Below, one piece after another: positions 21,193 through 33,596 of a stretch of 33,931 bases of DNA (position 1 is its first letter; the number at the start of each line of letters is the position of its first letter). Position numbers and translations under genes: made by a program. The DNA is from Chiloscyllium plagiosum (taxonomy: Eukaryota). Under the pieces are notes generated by a model. The model was not told the DNA's origin. It saw nothing but the letters and a program-made list of their open reading frames with translations, and did not search any database. The stretch lies in the NCBI RefSeq assembly GCF_004010195.1, contig NC_057720.1, forward strand, positions 18,722,165-18,756,095, in the 5' to 3' direction.

Positions 21193-23955
21193 ATGAAATG
21201 CATCTACTTTAATGCAAGGAATATAGTGTGTAAGGCAGATGAACTTAGGGCTTGGATTGGTGCCTGGGAGTATGATGTTATTGAAATCACAGAGACTTCA
21301 TTGAAGGAAGGGCATGATGATTGGCACTTAAATGTTCCAGGATATAGATGCTTCAGACAGGACAGGGGGGGAAGTAAAAGGGGGGGGGGGGAGGTGGAGT
21401 TGCATTGCTGGTCAGGGACGATATCACGGCTATGCTAAAGGAGGACACTATGGAGGGCTTGGGTAGTGAGGCATTATGGGTGGAGCTGAGAAATAAGAAG
21501 GGTGCAGTTACATTGTTGGGGCTGTATTACAGACCTCCCAGCAGTGGGCATGAGGTAGAAGAACAAATAGATTATGGAAAGATGTAGAGGCAATAGGGTA
21601 GTGGTGATTTTAATTTTCCCAACATTGACTGGGGTACACTTAACGTCAGAGGTCTGGATGGGGTAGAATTTGTAAGAAGTGTCCAGGAGAGTTTTCTAGA
21701 GCAGTATGTCAATAGTCCGACGAGGGAAGGGGCCATATTGGACCTGGTACTGGGGAACGAGCCAGGACAAGTGGTAGAAGTTGCGGGGGATTTCTTTGGG
21801 AACAGTGACCACAATTCTGTAAGTTTTAGAATATTCGTAGATAAAGAAGAGAGTGATCCGAAGGGAAGAGTACTAAACTAGGCCAAGGCCAATTATATCA
21901 AAATTAGGCAGGAGTTGGGAAATGTAGATTGGACACAGCTATTTGAAGGGAAGTCCACATTTGAGATGTGGGAGGCTTTCAAAGATAGGTTAATGGTAGT
22001 GCAGGATAGGCATGTCCCGTTGAAGGCAAAGGATAGGAAGGGCAAGATTTGTGAACCGTGAATGACAGGAGAAATTGTATGACTAGTCAAGAGGAAAAGG
22101 GAAGCGTATGTAAGGTCTAGGCAGCTAAGAACAGAACAGGGCCTGGAGGAATAGTAGAAGAGTAAGACAAGTCTTAACCGAGGAATCAGGCGGGCTAAAA
22201 GGGGTCATGAAATAGCTTTAGCAAGCAGAATTAAGGAGAATCCCAAAGCATTTTATTCTTATATAAGAAGAAAGTAGGTAACCAGAGAAAGGATTGGTCC
22301 ACTAAAGGGTAATGAAGGAAGGCTGTGTGCCGAACCTGAGAGAATGGGTGAGATTCTGAATGATTACTTTGCATCAGTGTTCACGGAGGAGAGGAGCATG
22401 ATGAATGTTGAGATTGGATAGAAGTTTGATTAGTCTGGATCACGTTGACATAAGTAGGGATGATGTGTTGGGTATGCTAGAGGTTATTAAGGTGGACAAA
22501 TCCCCAGGACCAGATGGGATCTATCTCAGGTTACTGAGGGAGGCAAGAGAGAAAATAGCTGGGGCCCTGACAGATATGGAGGACTGGAGGGTGCTCATGT
22601 TGTCCCCCTGTACAAGAAGGGTAGTAGGGATATTCCAGGTAACTACAGACCAGTGAGCCTGACGTCAGTGATGGAAAAGTTGCTGGAGACGGTATTGAGA
22701 GATTGGATCTATTTATATTTAGAAAAGAATGGGCTTACCAGTAATAGGCAACATGGTTTTGTACAGGGGAGATCATGCCATACCAACTTAATAGAGTTCT
22801 TCAAAGAAATGACCAAGTTGATAGATGAAGGAAGGGCTGTTGTCATATACATGGACTTTAGTAAGGTGTTTGATAAGGTTCCCCATGGTACACTAATGGA
22901 GAAAGTGAAGTCATATGGTGTGCAGGGTGTTCTTGCTAGGTGGATTAAGAACTGGTTGAGCAGCAGGAGACAGAGAGTAGTAGTTGAAGGGAGTTTCTCA
23001 AAGTGGAGAAAGGTGATCAGTGGTGTTCCACAGGGGTCAGTATTGGGGCCACTGTTGTTTGTAATATACATAAATGATCTGGAAGAGGGCACTGTTGGTA
23101 TGATCAGCAAGTTTGCAGATGACACAAAGATTGGTGGAGTAGCAGAAAGCAGAGGGGACTGTCAAAGAATACAGGAGGATATAGATAGACTGGAGAGTTG
23201 GGCGGAAACGTGGCAGATGGATTTCAATCCAGACAAATGTGAGGTGATGCATTTAGGCAAGACTAACTTGAGAGCGAATTATACAATGAACGGAAGAGGC
23301 TTGGGAAAAGTTGACGGGCAGAGAGATCTGGGAGTGCAGGTCCATTGTACCCTGAAGGTTGTTGCACAGGTAGATAGAGTGGTCAAGAAGGCATATAGTA
23401 TGCCTGCCTTCATTGGACGGGGTATTGAGTATAAGAGCTGACAAGTCATGTTAACATTGTACAAGACATTGGTTTGACCCCATTTAGAATACTGTGTACA
23501 GTTCTGGTCGCCACATTACCAAAAGGATGTGGACGCTTTGGAGAGGGTGCAGAGAAGATTTACGAGGATGTTGCCTGGTATGGAAGGTGCTAGCTATGAA
23601 GAAAGGTTGAGTAGGTTAGGTTTATTTTCATTAGAAAAAAGGAGATTGAGGGGGGGACCTGATTGAGGTTTATAAAATCATGAAGGGTATAGACAGGGTG
23701 AATAGAGACAAGCTTTTTCCCAGGGTGAAGGATTCAATAACGAGAGGTCACGCTTTCAAGGTGAGAGGTGGAAAGTTTAAGGGGGATACACGCGGCAAGT
23801 ACTTTACACAGAGGGTGGTGGGTGTTTGGAACGCGTTGTCAGCAGAGGTGGTAGAGGCAGGCACGGTAGATTCATTTAAGATGCGTCTGGGCAGATGCAT
23901 GAGTAGGCGGGGAGTAGAGGGATATAGATGCTTAAGAATTTACCGACAGGTTTAG
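21193..23955 (+). pseudogene. CR1 ORF2 (APE endonuclease + reverse transcriptase), disrupted
   Basis: YFNARNI, ITET, YYRPP, GDFNFPNIDW, SDHN, QHGFVQGRSC, GVPQGSVLGPLLF, KFADDTK, WNALS; multiple stops and frameshifts. Confidence 0.92.
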
Positions 23956-24255
23956 ACAGTACATTTGGATCGGCTCAGGCTTGGAGGGTCGAAAGGCCTG
24001 TTTCTGGGCTGTAGATTTTCTTTGTTCTTTGACACCATCCAAGACAAACCAACCCACTTAATTGGTGTCACATCCACTATCGATGCTCGGCAGTAACAGT
24101 GTGTACTATTTACAAGATCCATCGTGAACTTCTGAACTAGAGGGATAAGCAGTCAAAATAACGGAAATATATGTGACTCCAATTTATGAAATTTAGCCAT
24201 TAACAGTAAAATGCCATCAGCAAACAGATGTTTTTAAAACTAATTACTTCCAATA

Positions 24256-24474
24256 CAGTCAATTCTGATATGACAGGATAGTTCCATTCTTGTGCGATCT
24301 CACCTTATAAGAAAATCGCGCAATAATTGTGCCATTTAAACTAATGGGGCTGGAATCGCGTTATAACCAGTAAATGTAAGGAAAGTTCACATTCTACAAA
24401 TAACAGTCTAAATTCTTCAATTGCATTAAAGCCGATTCATGTTGAAGAAACACGTGTTATTGCAGAACTGACTG
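24256..24474. mobile_element. MITE (Tc1/mariner-pogo type), 219 bp
   Basis: TA|cagtcaattctgatatgac ... gttattgcagaactgactg|TA: imperfect TIRs with TA duplication. Confidence 0.72.
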
Positions 24475-24987
24475 TACTTTAAAAACAAAACAAAAATCAA
24501 ATTGGGAAGCAGGTTTCACAATAAGCTTCTCTGACTGGACAAAAATGTCATCGAGATTTGTGAACACTTACTAATTTTTAAAAATCAAATCACCCGTTAC
24601 CAAGGGTTTTGAAAGATATTATTTCTGAAATTGCACTGTAAGGAATTCACCTTTGTAATACACATCTTTGTAATACACATCAAGTGTTTTATACAACAGA
24701 GCCAGGTCTGATATTATTGTGTTGAAACAAGCTTCAGACATATATTTGCATTATTAGAAAATTAATATGAATGAAAGATAAGGTGGGTGTAAACGTTCAA
24801 ACAGAGATGGCTGGTAATTGAAAACGTTCTTCTTCTTGTAATCAATCTCTATATATTAATGAAAAATATGTTTTTGGCAGTCTGTTTTACTGGATTTTTT
24901 TGGTTAAACCAGATATGTAATGTCAGCTAAACCTTCACTTAAAATTCTCTGGATTAGGCTACCAAGAATTCCAGTCTCTGCAGCCCA

Positions 24988-25153
24988 GTAGACATGCATA
25001 CACAGACACATACGCACACGCAAATACAGGCACAGACGTACACAGATACATAGGTAAAAACAAGGAATGCAGATACTGGAAACCAGAGTCTAGATTAGAT
25101 TGGAAAAGCACAGCAGGTGAGGCAGCACCACACCCCACACACACCCCACACAC
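24988..25153. repeat. Degenerate (CA)-rich simple repeat with an embedded PLE family A tail (25053-25127, minus sense)
   Basis: cacaga/cataca/cgcaca units; the insert matches the reverse complement of 16855-16932. Confidence 0.75.
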
Positions 25154-25399
25154 AGTCCTGAGTGCTTATTGTCCAAGAGGCAGAACTTGAAGTGCTTTGT
25201 ACAAGCTTGAGTTTAGACAACTGGAACTGTACAATTAGGAGCTTGTTGCTGTTTTCCCAGCCAAAACTACCCACTCGACTTGCTTTTAGTCAACTGAGGG
25301 TGTGTGGTGTATTATTCAGCCATGTCCTGGAAGATTGTGGAATTCATTAATTCAGGCATTGAATTACTAAGACTGCCAGTACATGTTCCCCAACGTTTT

Positions 25400-25688
25400 T
25401 TTCCTTCATTGTCTCTTGGGGCACGGGGGTTGCTGACTGGGTCAGCTTTTATTGCCCATCGCTAATTGTTTTCCGACCTGAGCAGCTTTCTGCACTATGT
25501 CATAGAGCATTTGAGATTCAACCACGTTGTTATGGATCTGGAATCACACGTAGGCCAGACCAGAAAAGGACTTTTAATCGATTCAAATTTTACCACCGAC
25601 CATAGAGGGATTTGTATCTGTGTCTCCAGAACTTCAAACTGAGGTTCTGGATTACTAGTCTAGAGCGAATGCCATTATATCACTACCT
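25400..25688 (-). mobile_element. tRNA-derived SINE (second family), near full length
   Basis: Head homologous to 4448-4558; body homologous to 32640-32785; tail resembles the LINE end near 13275-13310. Confidence 0.65.
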
Positions 25689-26394
25689 TATTTCAATTTT
25701 TTTAAATTACAAGACATTATTGGGTATTTATTTTTTCTCCAGTTGCCATACCTGTCACACTCAAACCTGCAACCTCATGTATTAGTTCCCAGTTCAGTCG
25801 TGAATGTGTGGAGACACTGCACTTTCCAATTCTCCATCCTTTCACAGATACACTCCTTCTCTAACACTCATTCTTTAACACTCATTCTTTCACTCCATCT
25901 TCCTCCTTTCCCAAATCCAAACTCTACATTTTGAATTGGATACAAAATGGCATTCCTCTTTTAATCATCTATTATTTTTCACTCCTTGTCGATCGGCACT
26001 GAGGTTAAATTTTGACTCAACGTGGGCTGAGCTTGGGTGTGTCTTTACCCCACTGAGCAATCCGGGTCATGTAGTCTTCTTTTAAGTCTAAAATTTATTA
26101 ATACTAATGTGTCATTTACCATCTGCAGTGATCCAATAATTCTGCAAAAACAATGCAGTGTCTAATTAACAAGTTGTCAACTTGTAGATATCTTTTAAAG
26201 TTCTACATTGATAGTGACTTCACAGAGTAAACTGTTCTGGATAATATCTAAAACTAAATGCACAGCAACATTGAAAGGAAATTGACAGGAAACTGACTAA
26301 TTGATGTATCTACACTTCCTTTATTTTTTATCCTAGCACAGTTTAAGACGCTGTTACCGTTACCACTTTTCAAAATACTAAAAATAAGCCACGA

Positions 26395-28305
26395 GCATAT
26401 TCAGTGAGGTGTGAGATGGAAATATTCATACCATGGTGATCGTAAGATTAGGGTGTGTATGATGATATTTTAGGGTATGTCAATATTTAAGGAGGAGGAG
26501 CTTTTGGGTGACTTGAAAAACATTCAGGTAGATAAGTCCCCAGGGCCAGAGGGGAATCTATCCCAGGATACTGAGGGAGGCAAAGCAGGAGAATGCTGGG
26601 GCCTTGACAGAGATCTTTATATCCTCTTTAGCTACAGGCGAGGTCCCAGAAAACTGGACAATAGCTGATGTAGTTCCTTTGTTTTAAGAAGGTTAACAGG
26701 GATTATCCAGGAAATTATAGGCCAGTGAGCATTATATTACTGGTAGGGAAATTATTGGAGAAGGTTCTTAGGATTTACTCACACTTGGAGAAGAATGGAC
26801 ATACTAGGGAAAGTCATTATGGCTTTGTATGGGAGAGGTTGAGTCTTACAAATTTGATTGAGTTTTTTGAGGAAGTGACAAAGATGATTGTGGGTAGGGC
26901 AGTGGATGTTGTCTACGTGGATTTTACTGAAGCACTTAACATGGTCCCTCATGATAGGCTGGTCCAGAAGATTAAGTCACATGAGATCCATGGTGAGTTA
27001 GTAAGTTGTATACAAAATTGGCTTGGTCATAGAAGCCAGAGGGTAGTTGGGTGGGGGCGGAAGTATTTTTCTGATTGGAGATCTGTAACCAGTGGTATTC
27101 AGTACAGATCATTGCTGGAACCTCTGTTGTTTCTAATGTATATAAATTATTTGGATGAAAATTTAGGTGGTCTGATTAGTAAGTTTGCAGACGACACAAA
27201 AATTGTTGGAGTTGGAGATAAAGAGGAAGGTTATCAAAGGATAAAGCAGGATATTGATCAGTTGGAAGGTTGAGCAGAGAAATGGTATATAGAGTTAAAT
27301 TCAGACAAGTGTGAGGTGATGCATTTTGGGAGGTCAAATGCAAGAGGAATACGGTAACTATCAGGACTTTTAGGAACATAGATAAACAGAGGAATCTTGG
27401 GGTATAAGACCATTACTCCCTGAAAGTGACAAGTAGATAAGGTGGTAAAGGCAGATGGCCTTCATCATTTGAGGGCATTGAGAATAAAAGTTGGCAGGCC
27501 ATGGGCAGCACAGTAGCTCAGTGGTTAGCACTGCTGCCTCATAGTGCCAGGGACCCAGGTTCAATTCTAGCCTTGGGCGACTCTGTGTGGAGTTTGCACA
27601 TTCTCCCCGTGTCTGCGTGGGTGTCCTCCATGTGCTCCGGATCCTCCTGCAGTTCAAAGATGTGCAAATTAGGTGAATTGGTCTTGCTAAATTATCCATA
27701 GTGCTCAGGGATGTGTAGGTTAGGTGCCGGCATGGACTTGTTGGGCTGAAGGCCTGTTTCCACACTGTCGGGATTTTATGATATTACAGCTTGTATAAAA
27801 TGTGAGTTAGACCACATTAAGAATATTACATGCAATTCTGGTTTCCACATTTTAGGAAGGATACATAGGAGTTGGAGAGGATGTGGCCCAGATTGGAGTG
27901 TATTAACTATAAGGAGAGATTGGACAAACTTGGATTGTTTTTGCTAGAGCATCGGAGGCAGAGGGATGACCTGATTGAAGTATATAAAATTGCAAGAGGA
28001 ATGGATAGGATAGAGAGTTGGAGTCTCTTTCCCAGGATGGAAATATCAAATGTATAGGGTACTGGTTTAAGACGAGATGGGGAAAATTTAAAGGAGATGT
28101 GCGAGGCAAGTTTTAAACATGGAGGGTGGTAGATACCTGGAAGGTGCTGCCAGGGCATATTCTAGAAGTAGTTATATTAACAAAGTTTAAGAGGCATTCA
28201 GACGGACACATGAATAGACAGGGAATAGAGAGATATGGACCACGTGCAAGCAAGTGGGGTTCATTTCGAATGGTATCATAGTCAGCACAGACATGGTGGG
28301 CCTTT
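26395..28305 (+). mobile_element. CR1 LINE (RT to 3' end), decayed, interrupted by an HE1 SINE
   Basis: DKSPGP, NYRPVS, LTNLIEFFEEVTK, SKFADDTK, DLIEVYK. Confidence 0.9.
27503..27781 (+). mobile_element. HE1 / V-SINE
   Basis: tagctcagtggttagca A box, ggttcaattct B box, V-domain, gggctgaaggcctgtttcc tail. Confidence 0.92.
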
Positions 28306-28459
28306 TCTATGAATATTGACGACAAAATGGTAAAAACTGTATCAGCATTTATCAATTCATTTAGGAAACTTTGTGTGTTGTGCATGATGTGTTGTACACA
28401 TTGTTTGACATTGTTAAATTCTACCACATTGTATTTATATTCTGACCATGGGATCTGCA

Positions 28460-29230
28460 CATAGAGTCATAGAGATGTAAAGCACGGAAACAGAACCTTT
28501 GGTCCAACTCATCCATGCCAACCAGATAACCACCCCATCTAGTCCCACCTGCCAGCACCCAGCCCATATCCCTCCAAACCCTTCCTATTCATATACCCAT
28601 CCAGATGCCTTTTAAATGTTGCAATTGTACCAGCCTCCACCACTTCCTCTGGCAGCTCATTCCGTACACGTACCACCCTCTGCTTGAAAATGTTGCCCCT
28701 TACGTCTCTCTTATATCTTTCCCCTCTCACCCTAAAACTGTGTCCTCTAGTTCTGGACTCCCCCACCCCAGGAAAAGACTTTCTCTATTTATCCTATCCA
28801 TGTCCCTCATGATTTTATAAACCTCTATAAGGTCACCCCTGAGCCTCCGATGCTCCAGGGAAAACAGCCCCAGCCTATTCAACTTCTCCCTTAGCTCAAA
28901 TCCTCCAACCCCGGCAACATCCTTGTAAGTCTTTTCTGAACCCTTTCAGCTTTCACAACATCTTTCCGATAGGAAGGAGACTAGACTTGCACGCAATATT
29001 CCAAAAGTGGTCTAGCCAATGTCCTGTACAGCCGCAACATGACCTCCCAACTCCTGTACTCAATACTCTGACCAATAAAGGAAAGCATACCAAACGCCTT
29101 CTTCACTATCCTATCTCCCTGCGACTCCAATTTCAAGGAGCTATGAACTTGCACTCCAAGGTCTCTTTGTTCAGCAACACTCCCTTGGACCTTACCATTA
29201 AGTATATAAGTCCTGCTAAGATTTTGCTTT
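28460..29230 (-). mobile_element. Well-preserved CR1 (HER1-like) 3' fragment
   Basis: GESRTRGHSFRVRGERYK, NELPEEVVEAG, ctctatgactctatg tail; highly similar to 30719-31008. Confidence 0.92.
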
Positions 29231-29299
29231 CCATAAATAGGAGCATGGGTACATCATTCAACCCATTGAATCTGCCTCTGTCACTTTTACTCCACTTTC

Positions 29300-29660
29300 T
29301 TGCCTGTTCCTGTTTTTCTGTTCTTCTTGCCACAGAATACATTTTATCACGTAATACTCCATCTGACAAATTTCTGCCTTCTCACCTTTAACCCACCAAT
29401 GTCTCTTTACAGATTCTTTGTGTCCTCCTCACATCTAACTTTAATCTTCCTAAGCCTATTTATAACCCTAGACCTAACCCTACCTATCTTTGTATCATCG
29501 TAAATTTGCGAATGATACAGTTTCTCCTTTCATTCAAGTCATCAGTATAGAGTATGTACAGTTGGGCTCCAAGTACAGATCTGTGTAGCTTACAGCTAGC
29601 CTGAAAATGATACATTTATCCCGAAACTCCTGTTTCCTGTCAGTTAGCTGTAATGCCACT
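29300..29660 (-). mobile_element. Very decayed CR1 RT remnant
   Basis: Minus strand gcaaatttacgatgatacaaagataggtagg (KF-DDTKIGR-like). Confidence 0.45.
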
Positions 29661-29667
29661 CCCTTCA

Positions 29668-30480
29668 CCATAGAGTCAAAGAGCATGGGAAAAAGCCCTT
29701 CAGCCCTTCAAGTCTGCAACAGTCAAAAGCAAGGGCCTAACTATTAGATTAGATTAGATTCCCTACAGTGTGGAAACAGGCCCTTTGGCCCAACCAGTTT
29801 GTACCAACCTTCCGAAGAATAACCCACCCAGACCCATTTCCCTCTGACTAATGCACCTAACACTATGGACAATTTAGCATTGCCAATTCACCTGACCTGC
29901 ACATCTTTGGACTGTGGGAGGAAACCCACGCAGACACGGGGAGAATGTGCAAACTCCACACAGACAGTCGCCCGAGGCTGGAATTGAACCTGGGACCCTG
30001 GTGCGAACCACTGAGCCATGCCGCCCTATTCTGATCCCATCTTCCAGCACCTGGCTCATAGCTTCATATGCCTTGGCATCACAAGTGCACATCTAACTAC
30101 TTCTTAAATATTTCAAGCGTTTCTGCCTCTACCACCCTTACAAGCAGTGAGTTCCAGATTCCTACTATCCTCTGAGTAAAACAACATTTTCCTCACATCT
30201 CCTCTAAACCTCCTATCCCTTACCTTAATCCTATGCCTCCAGTCATTAATCCCTCCACAAGGGGGGAAGTCTCTTCCACCTGATTTTTGTCCCTCATAAC
30301 TTTACACCTCTTACTCTCCTCTGCTCCACAGAAAACAAACTGCATCTGTCCAATCTCTCTTTAAAACCCTCCAGCCCAGGTAACGTCCTGATAAATCTGC
30401 TCTGCATTCTCTTCAGTGTGATCACATCCCTTCTATATTACAGATTCCATAACTGCACACAATGCTTTGGTTGTGGTCTA
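29668..30480 (-). mobile_element. Old CR1 3' fragment interrupted by an HE1 SINE
   Basis: Minus strand FRGDVRKCCFTQRIVGIWNSL and HCVQLWN motifs; 3' UTR at 29668-29745. Confidence 0.75.
29746..30026 (-). mobile_element. HE1 / V-SINE
   Basis: Same tripartite structure as 19410-19725; TSD-like ctatt on both sides. Confidence 0.92.
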
Positions 30481-30689
30481 ATGTTTTATATAGTTGGACT
30501 GATATCTTGTGCAGTAACTGATGTGTGGCAGCTTGTTGAATAATAGCTTTTTGAAATCCAAATTCAATACATCTACTGGCACTTCACTATTAATCTTATT
30601 TGTTACACCCCCAAAATATGATAATACAGTTGAGAAACAAGATTTCCCTTTCGCAAAGCTGTGTTGACTCTGTCTTATAGTGTCATGGC

Positions 30690-31094
30690 TACAAATCTCA
30701 CAACACCAGGTTACAGTCATAGATAGAGTCATAGAGATGTATAGCATGGAAACAGACCCTTCGGTCCAACCCGTCCATGCCGACCAGATATCCCAACCCA
30801 ATCTAGTCCCACCTGCCAGCACCCGGCCCATATCCCTCCAAACCCTTCCTATTCATATACTCATCCAAATGCCTCTTAAATATTGGAATTGTGCCAGCCT
30901 CCACCACTTCCTCTGGCAGCTCATTCCATACACGTACCTCCCTCTGTGTGAAAAAGTTACCCCTCAGGTCTCTTTTATATCTTTCCCCTCTCACCCTAAA
31001 CCCTCTAGTGCTTCCAAATAAACCTGTTGGAGTATAACCTGGTGTTGTGTGATTTTTAACTTTGTCCAACCCAGTTCAATACTGGCACCTCCAC
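30690..31094. mobile_element. Short inverted-repeat element, probably another PLE terminus (family D), with its centre replaced by a CR1 3' fragment (30719-31008, minus)
   Basis: aaatctcacaacaccaggttacagtc (30693-30718) is an imperfect inverse of gagtataacctggtgttgtgtgattt (31030-31055), followed by an extra ~39-nt tail on the right only, as in family A. Confidence 0.55.
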
Positions 31095-31351
31095 AATGGA
31101 GTACACGTGAAAATCAAGGATATTCTGTTCTATTATCCAAATGTCCTGCCACTATTTTTTCTTGAAATGGCTTCCAGCATTTACGGTTTCAAACAATAGG
31201 TGACCTTTTGTTTCCTGCTTTCTTTCGCCTTCCTTCCTTGTGTAGAGGTGTTACCTTGTGGTTTTTTTAATCTACTGGAACCTTTGCTTAATTGAGAGAA
31301 TTTTGAAAGTTTACAACAAATGCAACTGCTAGCTGTGCAGCTATTTTTTTT

Positions 31352-31484
31352 TAGGTTAGATTAGATTACTGAGTGTGGAAACAGGCCCTTCGGCCCAACA
31401 AGTCCACACCGACCCTCTGATGAGCAACCCACCCGGACCCATTCCCCTACATTTACCCCTTCACCTAACACTATGGGCAATTTA
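31352..31484 (-). mobile_element. HE1 SINE, 3' part only
   Basis: Near identical to 19410-19545. Confidence 0.88.
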
Positions 31485-32639
31485 TTTTAAGACCCTGGGA
31501 TGTTGTCCAGCACGTTTAGAGAACTGATGACCTTTTCCAGTTTTATCTTTCACCAGTTTTCCTGGTACTTTTTCTCTCTTAATCAGCACTGACTTAAGTT
31601 CCTCCCTCCTTTTCACTCTTGGTGTGATTGCACTGTGGACTTCTGTGGCAATTTCAGTCAGTACTAAACTGTCTTCTAAATTGAAAATCCATCCTAAAGG
31701 ATCATCTGTGTGAAGTTGAGTGGCTGGCTCCATATTATTCATTGACCTGTTTTCAGAAGCTGTTGTAAATGTGATTGTTTTATTTGTAGCAGACAGATTC
31801 TTCTTGGTAGGAATTTGCCAGACCCTTTCACAGTTAAATGATTCTTCTGAGGTGTGTCAGATATGAGTTACTTTAGGATCTTGTTAGGGGTTTTCGTGAC
31901 AGACAGGAGTAATAAATGTTTTGTGGTGTTAGAGATACGACGGATGTAGTACTCAGCTGATGCTACAATCTTAATGAGCAATGTGTGAAAGAGGAAAAGG
32001 AAGCAGTAATTATTTTGAGAGACTCTGGGTGAGAGGGAGGAAGGAGAATTAATTATTGGTGATCTGCTTGCTGCAGGGGTAGAATTTAAACCATATAAAG
32101 CTGCCAGAGGAGCTGAACAGCACATGCAAGATGCTCCAGAGATTTTTTTTGTCGGAGCTAATATCTGTCGAGTGTCGCATTTTCTGTGACATCTGGAGAA
32201 CATACAGGTTTCACTGTTTTTTCTCTGTGCAGCACCTTCACTCACATAATACAAGCAAAAGTCTCACCATAATTGTGTAATAACGATTACCATCTCTGTG
32301 CTTTTTTGCTGACATTGCCTTCCACCTTTTGGGTTTCTCTTCAGAATTTCTAATTTTAACAGAAGAACTTTCTGCAGGTATAACCAAGACAGTTTGTCTT
32401 TACTCTGAAAACATTGTTTGCTCACATTGCTTGTGACTGTACCTGAGCTAGTTACTCATTCACAGACACAATCAACTGGCTACAAAGTTTACACACCCCT
32501 TCTAGCTTTCACTTCCACTTGTTGTAAACCAACAATCCTTCCTCCCCAGAAACAAGTTGTGCAAGTTTGCGAGATTGTTACTTGCTTTTATTTATTCTAT
32601 TTGATATTTTTACTTAGTTCATCGTTGGCTAGGCCAATC

Positions 32640-32785
32640 CATCAGAGGACTGTTAAGAGTTAACCATATTGCTGTGAGTTCAGTGTCACATGTAGGCCAG
32701 ACTGGGTAAGGATAGCAGATTTCCACCTCTGAAGTTATGCTTGAATCAGATGGGTATTTTTTACAGCAATTGACATTGGTTACAT
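32640..32785 (-). mobile_element. Fragment of the second SINE family
   Basis: ttaagagttaaccatattgctgtg...tcacatgtaggccagac aligns to 25510-25565. Confidence 0.55.
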
Positions 32786-33104
32786 GGGGTAGAATCTTCC
32801 CAGACCCGAAAATGACATGGGTTATGGCAGTAATTTGAAAATAATTAGTGACATGTCCAGCACAAATCTTCTTGGTCAAGACCAAAGAGTTGCATTTTGT
32901 AAGCGACACTTGACAGATATTGGACTGGGATCTAACGTGGGCGGTCAGTGGCTTGCAAGGCTGGTCAGACCACATGTGGAAGTCCCTGTGCTGAGTAATG
33001 TTTATCTGACTTAATGATTATCCTTTTAACTATGTCTTACTCCTACCTTATACTATGAATCACTGTGAGTTGATGCAACTTCTTTTCTTTTTATTACTCT
33101 TTTT

Positions 33105-33215
33105 GTTTTGAAGATTTGTACCTTGGTACTTTATACCTAAGATGGCTCCAAGACATTGTAAACTTTTCACTGTACTCTTGTACTTCTGTACTTGAGTACA
33201 TGTAACAATAAAGGA
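33105..33215 (+). mobile_element. Possible LINE 3' tail (Rex/Babar-like)
   Basis: ttttcactgtac...gtacatgtaacaataaa resembles such tails; family assignment is from recall only. Confidence 0.3.
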
Positions 33216-33283
33216 GATTCCAATATTCTCTGATTTAAAAAAGAACCTCTGTAGCACCTTGTAAGACCTCTGTACCACCTGTT

Positions 33284-33596
33284 GGGGCAGCGCGGTGGCT
33301 CAGTGGTTAGCACTGCTGCCTCTCAGTGCCAGGGACCGGGGTTCGATTCCAGCCTCGGGTGACTCTGTGCAAAGTTTCCTCCGGGTTCCCTCCCACAATC
33401 CAAAGATGTGCAGGTTCAGTGAATAGACCATGCTAAATTGTCCATAGTATTCAAGCATGTGTAGGTTAGGTGCATTAATCAGGGGTAAATATAGAGTAAT
33501 AGGGTAGGGGAAATGGGTGAGCTACTCTTTGGCGGGCTGGTATGGACTTGTTGGGCCGAATGGCTTGTTTCCACACTGTCGTGATTCTATATCTAT
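33284..33596 (+). mobile_element. HE1 / V-SINE with internal deletion
   Basis: tggctcagtggttagca, ggttcgattcc, CR1-like tail, gattctat end. Confidence 0.92.

Larger units (their letters stand above)
19339..24031 (+). mobile_element. Near full-length CR1 LINE (5' UTR, ORF1, ORF2, 3' tail), inactive
   Basis: All modules present in order; ends in ttttctttgttctttg; the host LINE resumes at ~24031. Confidence 0.93.
16590..24125 (+). mobile_element. CR1/L2-group LINE hosting nested insertions; own sequence at ~16590-16801, 16933-18039, 19189-19338 and 24031-24125
   Basis: KAMGPDNTPAIVLK, KQDKSNLANYHPISLL, QFGF, VRVIVLDIQVA.DQV, IDQKFNW; resumes after each insertion. Confidence 0.8.
30500..31610 (-). 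mobile_element. Old CR1 RT fragment (own sequence ~30500-30688, ~31120-31350, 31485-31610)
   Basis: EELKSVLIKREKVPGKL, HPRVLK, QSQHSFAKGKSC, VDVLNLDFKK. Confidence 0.65.

Noticed and set aside
22653..23441. 262-aa RT ORF as a functional, domesticated or retron-like reverse transcriptase
   Set aside because: It is one open stretch of a CR1 ORF2 that has many stops and frameshifts on both sides
22709..23464. Antisense ORFs over CR1 RT (also 509-780, 10194-10451, 20466-20885)
   Set aside because: Shadow frames of retroelement coding sequence with no independent motifs
27503..27575. tRNA genes (also at 33284, ~29960 and ~19660)
   Set aside because: These are tRNA-derived heads of HE1 SINEs, continuous with the V-domain and LINE-like tail
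33245..33283. Tandem ~20-bp repeat acctctgtagcacct / acctctgtaccacct
   Set aside because: Only two imperfect copies; an ordinary local duplication
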